From: Phallusia mammillata
Lineage: Eukaryota
Length of the DNA stretch: 64,000 nucleotides
Direction: 5' to 3'
Assembly: GCA_965637545.1 (NCBI GenBank)
Contig: OZ281498.1
Coordinates: 21,638,001-21,702,000 of the forward strand
The notes under the pieces were generated by a model. It saw nothing but the letters and a program-made list of their open reading frames with translations, was not told where the DNA came from and searched no databases. Shown here one piece after another: positions 22,801 to 36,559 of the stretch; position 1 is the first letter of the stretch, and each line of letters begins with the position of its first letter. Both the position numbers and the translations under genes were made by a program.

Positions 22801-25800
22801 GACGAAACTATGACGTAGTAATGACGCGATGTGATGTCACATTACCTCGTGGGGCGAATAGACGTTGATGTAAGTATCATAGATGGTCTGGGCCATTTTC
22901 TCGGCTCGCTTTTGTTTCGTTGTGGTCTTTAAATCTTCGCAAGCCAACCAAAACTTCAGATTCTCGTCCGCGATCTCAGATTCAAGAAAAGAACGAAATA
23001 CGTAACGGCCGGCTGCAAAAAAAAGTCTCAGTTGAGAACATACTTACACAAAGGCTCCAGTCGTGGGTTCGAATCCCACCAAGGTCTAGATTTTTCTAGC
23101 CAACTCATTGCCGCATATAAATACAAATTTAAAATTGCTTTTATTGGCCTCGAGCATTATGATTTTTGTATTGGTGGGCTACTATAGTTGGTTTGATCTG
23201 CATTCGAGTTTAATGAGGAAAATAACGGCCATAACAGAGTGAAGAAGCGAAGAAGCGAAGAAGCGATCCTTTATAATCAAACGTTTTGGCAAATGCTAAT
23301 GCCATTTTCAGCAAAATGCCTGCATGACCGTTTTGGGCTCATCCCAGTAAGTGCTCGCATGAATATCCAGAGGAATCAGTACAGAAAAAATAATATGCTC
23401 ACAACAAGATCATACAAGATAATGTTTCCATGTTACACTTAAAACTCAAAGACAGGGGTGGGCAACCTGCGGCCCATTGATTAAAGTTATGCGGCCCGCA
23501 GAGACACTTGGATTTCAAATGTACTGGCAAACGAGTCCAATTCTTATATTTTTTTTAAGCAGATAAGTGCGCCCGGTGCTCTTTTTCTGCGACCTGACAA
23601 TATGCTGCTAGAATGCAATGCAATTTTTTGTTGTAGTAAGGCATTTTTGGTATGCAACGAAGTAGAATCACCTTGTGTTATATAAAGGTGCGGCCCGCGA
23701 TCTAATCATCGCAATTGTATTTGGCCCCACAGTGACAAAGGTTGCCAACCCCTGCTCTAAGACATTATTGCAAAAAGTTTTGTCTGTATTTTAAACCCGG
23801 AACTCCAGTGAACGTAGTTTTTGCGGATTTGCATAATTTCTCCCATTACTGTTATGACTCCAGCACACTTTAGATGCCAACATGCAAATATTTATAACGG
23901 TTAATGAGTTTACTTACCCGGGTTTTTCAGCAGATCATCAAATGAGGTTTGCCACAGAGTCAAATCATCCTCCGTGATTCTGTAAAACATTAAGGGTTGG
24001 TCAAAAACACATCAACGTAGAAGTAATAGCCTAAAATATCAGCTAGACATGTGTGCAATTCAATCTTATTTTCAAGTTCTTATGTGTCTGTGCATACACA
24101 AGCTCACCAAGCACACTGAAGACCACTGTGAGCAACATTAGATGTACTGTGAGCAACATTAGTTTAAGTGTGGCATAGATTTCCATGTGTTTGCACATAC
24201 ACACAAATACACTGAACAACACTGTAAGCAACTCTAAACGCTGTGGCCACACACTAGTTTATGTGCAGCATAGATTTGTTTGTGAGCTGAGAATGTGTAC
24301 AAGCGTCAGCTTTAAAGAAACACAGTACAAAAACATTTTTAGACAAGCGCTATTTCTGACTGATTATTACAACAGCCTTTGCACGTTTTGAGAGATATAC
24401 AAAAATTTGTACACCCAAGCATTGGTGGCTTGTCAATCTGTTGAAAACAGTATTTATGTATGGTACACATAAGGTATATGTGTCAGTGCACGCTGTTATG
24501 ACCTATAAATCAGTGCAGCTGGTGACAGGTATTGGCTAGAGTAGCCACCCAACGGCACAATTGGTAGGATCAAACAGGCTAAAAAGTCATGCCTCAAACA
24601 ATTATTTTCCATGTCAAGATGCTTACTTATCATTTAATGCCTTTATGCCTTCATGGTACATGCGTCGTTTTGTAAGAAACAGAATGGAAAGAAGCTACAA
24701 AAATCTCGACAGTGCTTAAAATCGACAACCACCTTGACAAACGACCAGAATACTGTGATACCGATCTAAATTGGCACGAAATTACAAAATAAGGCGAATT
24801 TCTCGTAGAGTGTGGCAGAAAATTTGTCTTCCAAGTGCGTAGGACCCCATAGTTGTCAGGAGATGCAAAAATAACCGTTTCAAAAATATACAAATCACAA
24901 ATCTTTGACGAAGGTCATATTCGATTTTACGTCAATAACTTTAGTTTGACCTTTCCTTGAAAGTTCGATCTGAGCTAGAATATAAAACTTATTTCGGGAC
25001 CCTAATTAATGCAAGGAAATGCATGCAATGGATAATTACTTTGACCCTAAACAAAACTGCCAGAGAATTTATATAAAGGATACATATAGCCTTGTAGACG
25101 TTTCATGTTCAGCACGAAATGTCAAATTCAGCTCTTTTTTGTAAAAAATCCGTCAATAATTGTCAGACAAAATTAAATATTTAACAATAGTACACGTTGA
25201 ATCAATGTTGTGTAATAGCCTAGCCATGATCAGTTATAGTCCCCTGCACGTCTTTGACGTTAATTTTGCTATTTTCGTTTCGTATTAACGTCAGAGCACC
25301 TTGTTTTAGCTCAAGCCCGATGCCCTGTTGCGTAACTCATCAATGGGGTCGGGCGTTACGAATATACACACATCGATTTTCACATTAGACGATAATCAAA
25401 ACCGCCTGGCACAGCACAGATACAACGATGATGCATTGACAAGTTTCAGTACGGCTACAGAGGCCCGCGTACGATTTTCCTTTGCTTTCCAAATCGCCTT
25501 GTTCAATTGTAATCCCGTATTTGCTGCTCAAATCGATATTACAGCGATTAGCCTTGATGGAAAAAGATAATGTTGGGTGCTTTGAATTTGGACAACAAGA
25601 AATGTTGAAATTTGTTTTGGAAAAAGTACAGAACATATGAATGCTATTAAACCGACAGGCAAAACCCGCATAATATTAAACGCCAAGTCGGTATGTCATG
25701 AACTTGAAGTATCAGAAATTACAATCCTTCTTAACATGTGTACAACCATTATAGAAAAATCAAGATAAAATCGACTGTAATTTACCAGACATAAAATGAT

Positions 25801-28800
25801 GTAAAATGATAAAAACACATAAAAATCTTTCTTTCAGCCACAACAGCAGCTGCAGTTGCTTAACTTCCAGGATACGAGACCTTTTGAATGGCACCCGTCA
25901 TAGTTCACGCAATTCCGAGGCTGTATTCTCTCGCGGCTATTTTTTTCGTCGTAGTCAACCACACCGTTGCTGTCGTATTACTAGCGTTGTCGTATAAATA
26001 ACGCGCACTTCTGGGAAACCACACACGCTTGTACATGCTTACAACAGTGTCTGCATCCAATGATTGAATATTTATTTAAACGACACCGCAGTAGTGTTTA
26101 GCCGTTATGCAGTACAATGTGGAATGAGAAGTATATTTTTATGTTCAAGTATATAAATGCAAGCTACAACGTTTGGGGTCACTTGTATACTGTTAAACCA
26201 TCTATCTGTTTTGGTGTTAAGTTAATGACATTAAAGACGAGAAACTGTTAAAAATCCTCATCGCAAAACAAGCAAAGGCAACACTTTGATTACAGACATC
26301 ATAAGTCATTATTTGTCTCACTTGGTGGCGCCTAAGAGTCTGGTTACGACATTTATCGGTGGGATCTCGTTACTTTTGTATCTTTTTAATTGCGAATGCT
26401 ACCAATATTATTGTGCATATAAAAAAATATGTCAAGTTTAGCCGACAGAAATAACACAGTAATGTACATGTAAGTTACAAAAAGGAAGGCTTTACGTTTT
26501 ATGGTCTGACTGTTTAGGAAAGTTTACAGTGCACGATTTCAGGTACCTAACACACGTGTACATTAGAAGAAATTCAAACATTTTTTTGATTAAAACATGG
26601 GAATTACATCAAACATTATTACTATGAAGTACTGAAACGGGTCTGTTAAACGAAAGGGCCAACAGCAAAGAAAACGTATATTATGTTGTTAAATAGCAAT
26701 CAGTATTATGATGAACAAAGTAACTTACGTGCAGTGTCCTAGAATATCTTTGGCGCTTTGGGGTTTCCTTTTTACCTTGTTTCTCATTGATTGGGTGCGA
26801 GTTGGTGCCGACCTGTGACAAAAATACGAGTTGGATGAGTAAAATAAAAAATGGTTTTTATTTTAGATTTAGAACCATCAGTGTTTTTCAAAGGTTAAAA
26901 AATCGTAGATGACCCAGTTTTTTTTCACAAACGTAAAATGATGCAAAGTTGAAATGGCTAATGTTGAAAATTTTGAATAAATCACAAAGTTTAACGTTTT
27001 ACAAAAACCTTTCTCACCGCTACCCGTCCCACAAAAACACCAACGTTTTGGCACTTTTGACTTTATTTCAAACGCAGGTATGAAAAAACGCATCCTTCTG
27101 CACTGTAGACAAGGTTATAAAGCATTGTTTTTCACGTAAGGTCATTGTTATAGTACCAGGGGGTTTGTGATTAAAACAATTTCTAAAAAGTTTTCTAAAT
27201 ACATTTTACATTCTGAATTCAAATTCTTTATTTGACAGTTGTATTAAATTTGGAATATGATTAATTACAATCAATTTTGGTTGAGTATTTTCTCGTCCCT
27301 GCTATGTCACACCCTTTTCTATTTAAACCAAGATGCTATGTTGCTTCAGAGAAATTTTACGTTAGAGTTTGCAGATGTATTGAACTTAATAAGTCAGGAA
27401 CAATGTTTTTCAGGTCACAAACAAACTTGATAAACAAATTTATATACAAACATTTATTGAATCCAAAACGCAAAGTGAAGATAGAAGCAGAACCGATTTT
27501 AAACCGCTTCGACGCATCAACTGGCATTGATTTTAACTCTCGTTTAAAGCAACCAATCGGGACGAACATCGTTCCTTTGCTTTCATCCCGCACAAAGCCA
27601 TCAAGTCGAATCGATAAGATGCGTCCACGTAATGGGTTAAATTGTGCGCTCAACTCTCAAAGGGACATGGATTTCGGATTGTACACGTTTCTTGCATATT
27701 AAACAGGGATTTCAGTATTGAATCGCCACTGTGCATATATCCCATTTGAAATACAACAATATAGTGGAACCTAACACTTATTTTATCGAGAAAAGGTATT
27801 TTTGACAAAATTCTTTAAGCAGAAAAACAAGTTTAGCAAAAACCTGTATAGCGGAAGAGCACAATAGTATACTCTACTCGTTTCCACCCAAAACAGTTTA
27901 GCAGACATACGTCATTTGTGACGTCACGGCGTGCCTCCTACCGCAGTTTTGCGTCACGCCAGTCGTTGCAACAAACTTGACCTATAAGCGCGCAGTTTTC
28001 ACGAATTAGTGGCGAACCAAAAGTATGCCACAGGTATGCATCGGGCGTGCCTAAATGGACTGTGCACGCGGCATATATACTCGCGAGGCGGTGGTTTCTG
28101 TTACCGAAATAAACTTCCATTAGTTAAAGACATGCGCGAAGTCAAATTAGGCGCATATGGCTTTAAAAAATCTCGACATAAATAAATGACCGTTCAGAAA
28201 TGAGCCCAGCAAGGAAAACCAAGGGGTATGTGCACAGTTCTGCATATATTAGGGCGTGCAACCTGCTGACTAAAAGCGGCCTATTCAATAAAGGTTGTGC
28301 GGTCCGCAAAGACGTAAAGATTTTAAAAAAAGTGTGGACCGCCAAACTATTTCAGTGTAGAGTTAGAGAGCGATTCAAATTCTTATTTTGTTTCTGAGCA
28401 GATCAATACGTTCAAGTTGCTTTTTCTACACCGGATAATAAGACGTTCGTTAACTGGTTTAGATGAGCAATAATATAATCAATGCTTCAAAATTAGTCAA
28501 CAAATAATTCAAAAACCGAGATTTCAATTTTAACAGTAAAAGTTTTATTAATAGGATTATTTAAATTGAATACTTGACACCAGTTCCTTATTTAAATACA
28601 ACAATAAAGTGTGGACCGCCCAAAACAAAAGCTGTGGTTGTGTTTGGATTAAATGAAAACAGTCAAAAGCTTACCCGATTGGGGTCTTCTGGCACGAGCG
28701 CGTAGCTGCTTTTTTGTCATTTTCCTGTGGTTGAAGATTGCCGGGTTTAGCTGGTGAAACTGAAGTTGGCCGTCCATCTCTCGTCCAAGACCGGGTCATG

Positions 28801-28817
28801 TGATCACCAATGTAAAT
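19892..28817 (-). CDS. RGS: Regulator of G-protein signalling, RZ/A (RGS17/19/20)-like; common exons
   Basis: Exons 28817-28675, 23979-23918, 23012-22846, 21964-21793, 20223-19892, all in phase. RGS box WQTSFDDLLKNPAGRYVFRSFLESEIADENLKFWLACEDLK...SPHEVNID...AQHQIYTLMHRDSYPRFL, then a Ser-rich tail. The last exon is less certain than the box exons. Confidence 0.88.
20234..20262. repeat. (TAAA)7 microsatellite
   Basis: Perfect taaa array directly beside the acceptor of the RGS terminal exon. Confidence 0.9.
20575..21052. mobile_element. hAT MITE, 478 bp, in the last RGS intron
   Basis: Perfect TIRs cagtggttcccaacct / aggttgggaaccactg; perfect TSD CTCTAACA; subterminal CGGACCCC repeats. Confidence 0.94.
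22511..22625. repeat. Local 67-bp tandem duplication
   Basis: gcactaatgtcgtgttttttgactggt(g/a)cc(g/a)aaaccaattttacaaa occurs at 22511 and 22578. Confidence 0.85.
23025..23095 (+). mobile_element. tRNA-derived SINE head (degenerate)
   Basis: A-box-like gtctcagttgag and B-box T-arm gtgggttcgaatcccac; resembles 61615-61688. Confidence 0.55.
23453..23754. mobile_element. hAT MITE, 302 bp (9293 family), in an RGS intron
   Basis: TIRs caggggtgggcaacct / aggttgccaacccctg; TSD ctcaaaga/ctctaaga (7/8); internally alignable to 9293-9610. Confidence 0.9.
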
Positions 28818-29081
28818 CTATGAAATATAAAGCCACTCTTAAGTTGTGAACTAGTGCTAAGTATCAATAATACAATGTTTAACTAAGGACAAAATTCCTT
28901 TGAAAGAGCGCTCAACTTATTGGTTATATAATTCAAACCTTATGGTCAGAGTATCCATTCATCAGAACTAGTTTTTTTTCGAAAACGTATCGAGTGAACA
29001 GTAAGAAAACTACGTTTAATGCAAAATCAAAAAAAAAATCCTGTTAGGCCTACTCTTTAAAACTGAGATGTGTTTTAGCGT

Positions 29082-29235
29082 CAGAGTTATAAGTCGGGTT
29101 CGATCTCAAGTTTGAATAAAACGGGCTCGATTCGAACCTGACTTTACACTTGGTTCATTTATGTCGAACTTTCGGGCCTAATTGTTACAAACAAATCGGA
29201 TTTGGGCCCAACTTTCAGATCCGCCTATTACTCTG
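29082..29235. mobile_element. CAGAG-ended MITE
   Basis: Ends cagagttataag / tattactctg; flanks tttagcgt/tgtagagt (6/8); GGGTTCGA/GGGCTCGA internal motifs. Confidence 0.55.
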
Positions 29236-29768
29236 TGTAGAGTTGTGTGTATATTTTTCTGCATACAAATCACAAGCCAATCTTTGGCACACAAGGAAAG
29301 CAAACTAAGACACAAGTCCTTCAAGTTATGTCATTATCGTGATGTCTTGTATAGGACATCGAAACGTCGATTGTTTACAATAAAACTGCTGGATGAGCAA
29401 TACTTGGTTATGTAAGGGTGTTTTTACCAGTAACATTAGTCAAATTCATCACTATTCCAAAGCAGCTTAATATATATACACCTGTTATAGAGCTTACATA
29501 GCTTACGGTGAATTAATTCTGGCTAACAATACCATTTTTTGCAGTAACATGTTCTCATTGCATACAAACTCGCTGGCGGCTCTGCTGTTGATCAAATTAT
29601 ACGTTTTTACGATCGTGTTCCTAATGCTAAAACCCAATCGGGTATTTTGTAACAGTAATCGTATCATAAGACAAGCGTTTTGAGAAAAGAGACAGTAACT
29701 GAGATAGATATAAAAAATTCTAAACCTTCATTTTTGTGAAGAGGTAAAACCAAAAAAATAAGACCTAC

Positions 29769-29795
29769 ACCATTCAGAGCATCCATGGCAAACAT
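29769..29795 (-). CDS. Candidate RGS alternative first coding exon (MFAMDALNG)
   Basis: ATG with an in-frame stop upstream; phase-0 donor GGT|gtaggt; CCAAT box at ~29825. Short, so it could be a chance hit. Confidence 0.35.
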
Positions 29796-32643
29796 AACGT
29801 CACCGAGTCGCGCGAAGCTATCGTCCAATCAGCGCACAGCGCGCAAGTCCAAAGGGTTGACTTAAGTTCAAAATGTATGATCCTACTCAAATGGCATCTT
29901 ACTGATCTGTCAATAATGCAAGGCAGGTTGCCCATGAGAGAACATGGTGCATTGGCCATTTTCGACAAGGCTGGGAAATCGTAACGGGCGCCTTATTGTG
30001 CATAATTAACAGCCCGGCCTGTAGCATCAATTATTTAAGCCTCTTACTCTTTCTGCCTCTCTTGCAGGAGCGTCCAGGATGCTCTTGCAGGCGTTTTAGG
30101 CATATTACGTTGTCCCACAACCAAACCTTGTCACAATCAGAAAAGTTCGCTGAAAATAATGGCTTAGCATAAATGGCCGTTCTAATCACTGACTTGGTTA
30201 GCTTTAAAATACCCTTTTACGGGTAAAACCGTAAATTAAATGCTAAAAATGGAATCATGTAATGTTCGTCTTTAAGTCTAACTTATAACGTCCCATACTC
30301 TGGAAGTAAGCTTTAAGATGTGATTTTTTCTCTCTTATTGGTGAATTTCAGCAATCTCTGTCACAAACCTGTTTCTCCTTTCTTAATGACTTTCCCAGAG
30401 GAAAAGAATTTCGATGTTTGCAATTTTTTCTCACGTCATCGACTCGTTAGGCCAAATCACGTGACAAGCATGCGTATTAAGCTTATCGATCGTTGCTTCT
30501 CCGAATGCCACAAAACGCAGCTTCTTTGGGTCATAAGTAAAAAAAACGCACCTGTTCTATTCTGTTTTGCCTAATACATCCAGCTTAGGTTAAATCGTTA
30601 AGACCTGTTGAAAACTTAGCAAGTTCAACCTTGACTATATGCTAACTGTAATTTGAATCTTGCTTCTCTAGGGGGCCTACATAGGTGATTTAAGAAAGTA
30701 ATAATAATTTATAACGTTGCTGTGTTGTTCTCTGTTGTGGTCGATCGGCAATAAGCAATAGAGAGTGCTTGGTAGATGAAAGACGTCTGGATTTGCATAC
30801 ACTGTTCTTTTACACTGCGTCCTATGGTGTCTTCTCGTCTTCAAACTCCTATTTTTCAACCTTTGACACCGTAAACTAGTTTCTGTGCCACATCACTTTA
30901 ACTTTTGATCTAAGCGTTGCCTAATAACTTTGCTTAACTTTAAAACTGCGAATTATATATTATCGCTTTAATTTTGTCTTTACTGCTTTACTTCTAGATT
31001 AAGTCTGTGCAAGGTTGTGCTAAAGAAAAAATAGTTCAAACCACTAGCCTATAGTGCTTAAAAGACACTGATATAGTCAAATGCATTTGTATGTCATGCC
31101 CTTCTCGCCACGTTATTATAATATACTTCGGCCCCCGGGCTAACTGCAGTGGCAGAAGGGGAATGCATTATAAGTCGTCCGTCGTACGGTTATTCGCGTA
31201 GGGTCGATAATCCAACGGACAAACTGTTGCGCATGTCTCTCTTCCAGATTTATTCTGTCATTTTAGATCACATCTGACAACGCGAAATGACACAAAATAG
31301 TTTTTAAAGCCGATTTTGTGACAAGAATTACATGGCATAGATACTATCAAGCACTGTTTAGCTGTTTTTTTACCATTGAAATGTTAGCGTTGTAAAATAT
31401 TAATATGGTTTAAATTATTATTCGTATAAATTATATTTGAATAAGCTTGTTTCGGCAAGGATGGATACTTACAATATTGTGGTTCGATACATTTAAATCG
31501 CAGGGTTGCACGAAATTAGTGCGCCCCACATAATGAGTGATATAACGGTTCTATTTGAAAAAGAATACGTTTGTGCCAAAAAGCAATAGGCGTTAAATTT
31601 CCTGTAACTCAATTTAATTAACTCCAGTATACAATTCAAAGTTTAATTTTAATCTGCATAGGTGAACTGCTGCTAACCCAGACTATTTATATTGTTGTTA
31701 ACCTGTGCATACTCAATAAAAGATTGACCTCATATAATTTATAACCGCCTTTGCTAAGACTATAAGATTTCAACATTTTTCGTTGTGAGCTTATAACTGC
31801 CTTTAACTTAGTGATAACAGTACTACGCTATGTTTTTCTAAATCTCGGCCTGCAACAGATTGCTTTTGCATGAAGAACCTACTCCATCTCAATCCGTACA
31901 TACGCAGGTCCTGTGTAAGTATATCGATTATGTTAAAGAGCTGATCGATGGGAAGCAAAGCACTTGAAACTTAGCTAGAATTTAAAATCGAAAGTCGCAT
32001 CTAGAAAAGCAGACCGTCAGTCAAGATGAAAACTGGACGCGGTCAGCCAAGGTGTAGGGGAAAAAGGGAGCCAAGGTGTGGACAATTTGATGAATCCATT
32101 TGTGACTAATTCAAGAAGCTAGGGGCATGTTACCACTTCCCTGGTGCATTGACGACGATTAAACGACCCTGCTCGCTCCATTAGACTGGAAAATGCGACT
32201 CACCAAGGGAAAATGCATTAAAGAAGCGGATTAGAAGACAATAATTAAATGTGCAACGTCCTGTAGCAAAAGAGAATTAACAAAACCCACTGTAATTGAC
32301 AATTTCGAAAATGCTGTTTGTTTGTTATAGCAGCACACAATTAAACTTGCAAATCTTAGAGCTGGATGCAATGACAACAAACAACTACAAAATCTGTAAG
32401 TTGTTTTGTTTTAACTATCACACCAGGAACTCTATAGGAAGACCTTGTTCGTTGAATTTATGACGATCAAGTTAACACATTTTTCACTGGAAAATGGAAG
32501 GCTTTTCCATAGTCAGTAAGACCAACAATAAAAAAGCTTTTGTTCACATAAGTAGTTTTCCCCCTTTAACAGCTGTCAAAAGCGACTGCATCCTTTCCAA
32601 GGGTTAAGACTTTAAAATATATGCCTGAAATTGTTTAACTTAC

Positions 32644-32790
32644 CTGACGGCATTCAGCTGCAGCAAGGGACTCAGCAGTTTCGGCGAAACAGAACATCTT
32701 GCCCAACGAATCCCATACAACACTTCCACGATACGGGTGACTCTCATGACGCTGAATAGTACGGAGCATATGTCGATGCTGATGTTCCAT
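32644..32790 (-). CDS. Candidate RGS alternative first coding exon, 49 aa (MEHQHRHMLRTIQRHESHPYRGSVVWDSLGKMFCFAETAESLAAAECRQ)
   Basis: Stop-free from ATG to a perfect phase-0 donor CAG|gtaagt that matches the phase-0 acceptor at 28817; TATA-like ttataa near 33035. Confidence 0.6.
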
Positions 32791-34740
32791 ATTACACCTC
32801 AGCTTCACAGGCTAGCATCTTACGCGAGTCTGACTCCAAAACAGTAGGCTACAGCGGGATCCTTTTCTAACTTGTCTAAACTTTCAGCTTTATAGTGTTG
32901 GGGTCCTGTATGACTAGTTTGAGGCTTCAAAAAAAAAATCAATCCAATCACGCCCTTGAAGATCGATTATGAAATATTGAGGGACGACGTGCCATGCTGC
33001 GGCAAACTGTATGTATAGCTGACTGTGGCGCTGCTGTTATAAGCCAAAGGACTACGACAAAATCAATGGAAAGTGAGCGCTTATACAATAGCGCGCGTGT
33101 GTGTGTTGGAGAGAGTTGGGTAGGAGCGTATCTATGTGGAATCATCCACGGCTCGTCAATACGTTTTAATCTGGGGCTGCGCGAGTCTCTATTGTTGTAT
33201 AGGTTGGCGTAGGTGTTGTGTTACCTAAATAGCACCGCAATCGGTGCACGGCTATTTCTGTACCTTTGACTGATTGTATAAAGTTTGCTAAGGGGAGAGA
33301 TATCCCGAAGTACACTTTCAGTGCCTTCCTGTGTGGCCATAAATAAACAGGTGCCTATATCATCAACAAATGTTCCATGAAAAGTGGTCCTTTAAAATTT
33401 AGGTTCCCAAACTTGGTCTCCAAATGAGTCACAGTGACTGGTAGTTTAAATCAACTATTCCTGCAATAGACTCAAGTAAACAATACAAAAAGCTTCAAAC
33501 TGACACACACACAAAATCACACAATTTTACGTTCCTAAAAATACAAATATTTTGCAATATCAGTTCCTTGTTAAAATAGATATATATTTCCAAAACCCGA
33601 ATCATACTGTGACTACAAGTTTTGTTTGTCTTTAATGCCTTGTATGTTGTACAATGTACACAATAGTCATACATTGCAGGCAGGGACGTAGTTTAACATT
33701 CTCTGTGAAAGGCAATGCTACTCTGGTTTAAAGATATGTTTGTCTTCAAAAGTTGCAGCAGTTCACTTCACAAGTTTTGCTATAACTGAGCAAGAAAATT
33801 GTCGAAAAACAAGCAAATGTGGACGGTGTTAATGCGTTGATGACACACTTGCATTAACTCAACACAATCATGGTTGCACCCTTGGACGAAATCCGTCACG
33901 TTAAAGTAAAATCGCCAGTCGCAATTTCGCCAGCATAATCGCTCTTTGGCTCACCCTAACGGTTAAATATGGTTTGCCTATCAAATATCGCACTTTCAGT
34001 TTTGCGTCAACGCAGTGTTTGTTAGTGTACATGCATTTTAAGTTGTTGCTATTGTAAACGTGATATGGGTGATAGCAACATAGTTTGAATTCTATTTATA
34101 CTCGGCAAACAGTTTTTATGTTATTTTGTGATTCAGCAACGACGTAACAACCTTGTTTACGTAGACTTGCGTGTTCTGTTATGATTAAGTATATTTTTGA
34201 ACGGAGTGACAACAATACATTATTGTTGCGTCACAGAAGCGGTCTTGCGTGGTAACCAAGACGTCATGGTACGTGCAAATATAAAAACAACTGCTTTGTC
34301 AAGCTTCCTGTAACATCGAATTGGAAGAAACAAACAATTCTGTTTGTGAGGTATAATCAACTCACGATTTTCATGCAGTTCCTGAGCCCTCAATGGGTAG
34401 GTAAATGTGTTTTAAGGAGTCCATAAACTATATTTAAAGCCAGAAATCGATTAGCTTAATTAGAGTTGTGATATCTACAGATAGTTAAGTATTTTATATC
34501 CAATAGCAAAAAAAACTTTACTGATAATCGTATCATAATTCTTAGGGGGTGGTCCCCAACTGTTTTTGAATTTTTGTGGACGTTCGCTGTTGATAAAAGG
34601 TTAATAAAATCCGCTTTAGCCTGATGTAGGTCTAGTCATAAGCGTATGCTGCAAATTTGTTGCTATGCCCAGAAGGTACAGCAAAAACAAAACAAAAAAC
34701 AATGCAACATAAATCTAAAAAAGTCATGCAGGTAACATAC

Positions 34741-34803
34741 GTTAGCCTCGAGCAGTCGTTCCCATTCCGATTGTTTCGTCATATTCTGCTTTCTTTGTTT
34801 CAT
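34741..34803 (-). CDS. Candidate RGS alternative first coding exon (MKQRKQNMTKQSEWERLLEAN)
   Basis: ATG with an upstream in-frame stop; 21 codons; phase-0 donor AAC|gtatgt; GC-richer 5' UTR-like flank. Confidence 0.5.
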
Positions 34804-36251
34804 GTCCGACGCCAGAATGCCGATAAAAAGTCGCACCGTGCTGACTGGCAGCGCTTGACAGCTTCCGCTAGCTCAAAGATTGAACATTCACTATTTGTTG
34901 AAATTGATATCGTTGACAGCAGTAGCAATAACAGCAGGAGAATGTTTCAAAACAACCTATGCTATCTCCACGGCAACAATTATGAGTAACTACACCTACT
35001 GCTGCGCCTGAACCTGCACAAGACGTCAAATATTTTACGTGCGTCTTAATTAGACCTCGGTGAATGTGTCATGCGAATGATTTGCAACCGGCATCTGTAA
35101 CGTTGTCAATATCAAGTTACCTTTTAAGTTCAGGGTTAAGTGCTTCAAAATTACAAAGCCCTTTCAGAAATTGGTTCGCTATGCGTTCTGAAGACAAAAT
35201 AATCTAGTAGCCTAACCACTACGAAGCTATACACATTTACCATGTGAACCAATCACTACACGAATTTAAAAAAATAGGTACAATATCAACGTTTTAAAAT
35301 AGTTTCTAATCAACAAAGCAAACATCAACAAATACTAAAGTCAATATGAATTTGAAAAACAACCCGAAACCTAAATTTTTTTTTGACAAGATTTCGCAAT
35401 TTCGGACGCACCTATTCCTTCTTCAAGCCCTGTTCTAACAACAGACGCCAAACGCTTTTCATGTAACTGTTTCCTCATTAAGTCCTTTGAAACGGACACA
35501 AACTGTTTAGCGCTTCACCTGGCAGTGATGTCGTTTGTTGACAATTTGATGTTGTGGATATCGACGATTTGATTGCGTTTCGCGGGAAGGATGTTATTAG
35601 TTGATGAGCGAACACGTCAAAATAACTGATATTATAGTGAGGCCTTGATTGCATCGAGTTACAGTTTAGTAAATGTGATACTATTGGTCTGCAGCAATCG
35701 AACGCTGATGTTTAAGCCAGTATTGGTTGACGTGGTATGATTTTACACAACATGCGACTGTTCAAAGTTTAAACTAAGGATAATTTTGACAAAAAAACAA
35801 ACAAAGTTTTACTGCTAAAAAGCCCGTACATAGCAAATTCCAACACAAATTTTGGCACATTTGTTTTCTTACCTATCGGTAGGGTTCAATTTGACTGTTG
35901 CATCTTAGTCTGACAGTACTCTTGCCGTAAGCAAAAGTATAAAAAAAAAAACTAAAAGCAAAAGTAAAAACAAAAACCTTGTTTTGCAGAATTAAGTCAG
36001 TGTGCTTTTTTCATTGAATCAAACGAGTTACAACTCACAATCACTCGAAATTATTGATTTTCCAACCTACTCCGTGACTAACCTAACCTTCTGACGCGTT
36101 TCTTCAAAGAAAAACTTAAACTATGAAAATAGTATACAATAAAAACAATACAATAAAAGCCAATATTCACTACACAAAAATGCCACACATTTGAACCGAA
36201 TCGAAATCCTTGCAACGCTATAGCTAGACTGCAGTAATTGTCCGTACAAAG

Positions 36252-36559
36252 CAGTGGTTCTCAACTTTATGCTAATTGGGTACCACCTGACAACACATTA
36301 TAACGCTGCGTACCACCTAAACCCTGTGTGAATGGGTAGGCCAAGGGCTAGGCATATTCTTCTTGAAAATAGGTAAGGTTAGCAATTCCAAAGTCATGCC
36401 CAAGACAATAATTTTGCCCCAAACCATGACTGATTAGTTTGGTCAGTTAAGGTGCATTTCATGATCTGACTTGAGTTATAAGTATAGAAAGCTACTCGCG
36501 TACCACCTTAAAAGCTCCGTAACACTAATGGTACGCGTACCACAGGTTAAGAACTACTC
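36252..36559. mobile_element. Degenerate hAT MITE
   Basis: Ends cagtggttctcaact / aggttaagaactactc; flanks gtacaaag/gcataaag (6/8); GCGTACCAC subterminal repeats. Confidence 0.65.

Noticed and set aside
25835-25977. Minus-strand reading ...SWKLSNCSCCCG* that looks like the missing RZ cysteine string
   Set aside because: No ATG, no phase-compatible donor before the stop, and only a weak acceptor, so it cannot be joined to the RGS exons.
27277-27702. Overlapping 141-aa (+) and 98-aa (-) ORFs in an RGS intron
   Set aside because: No recognisable motif and no usable splice sites; consistent with chance.
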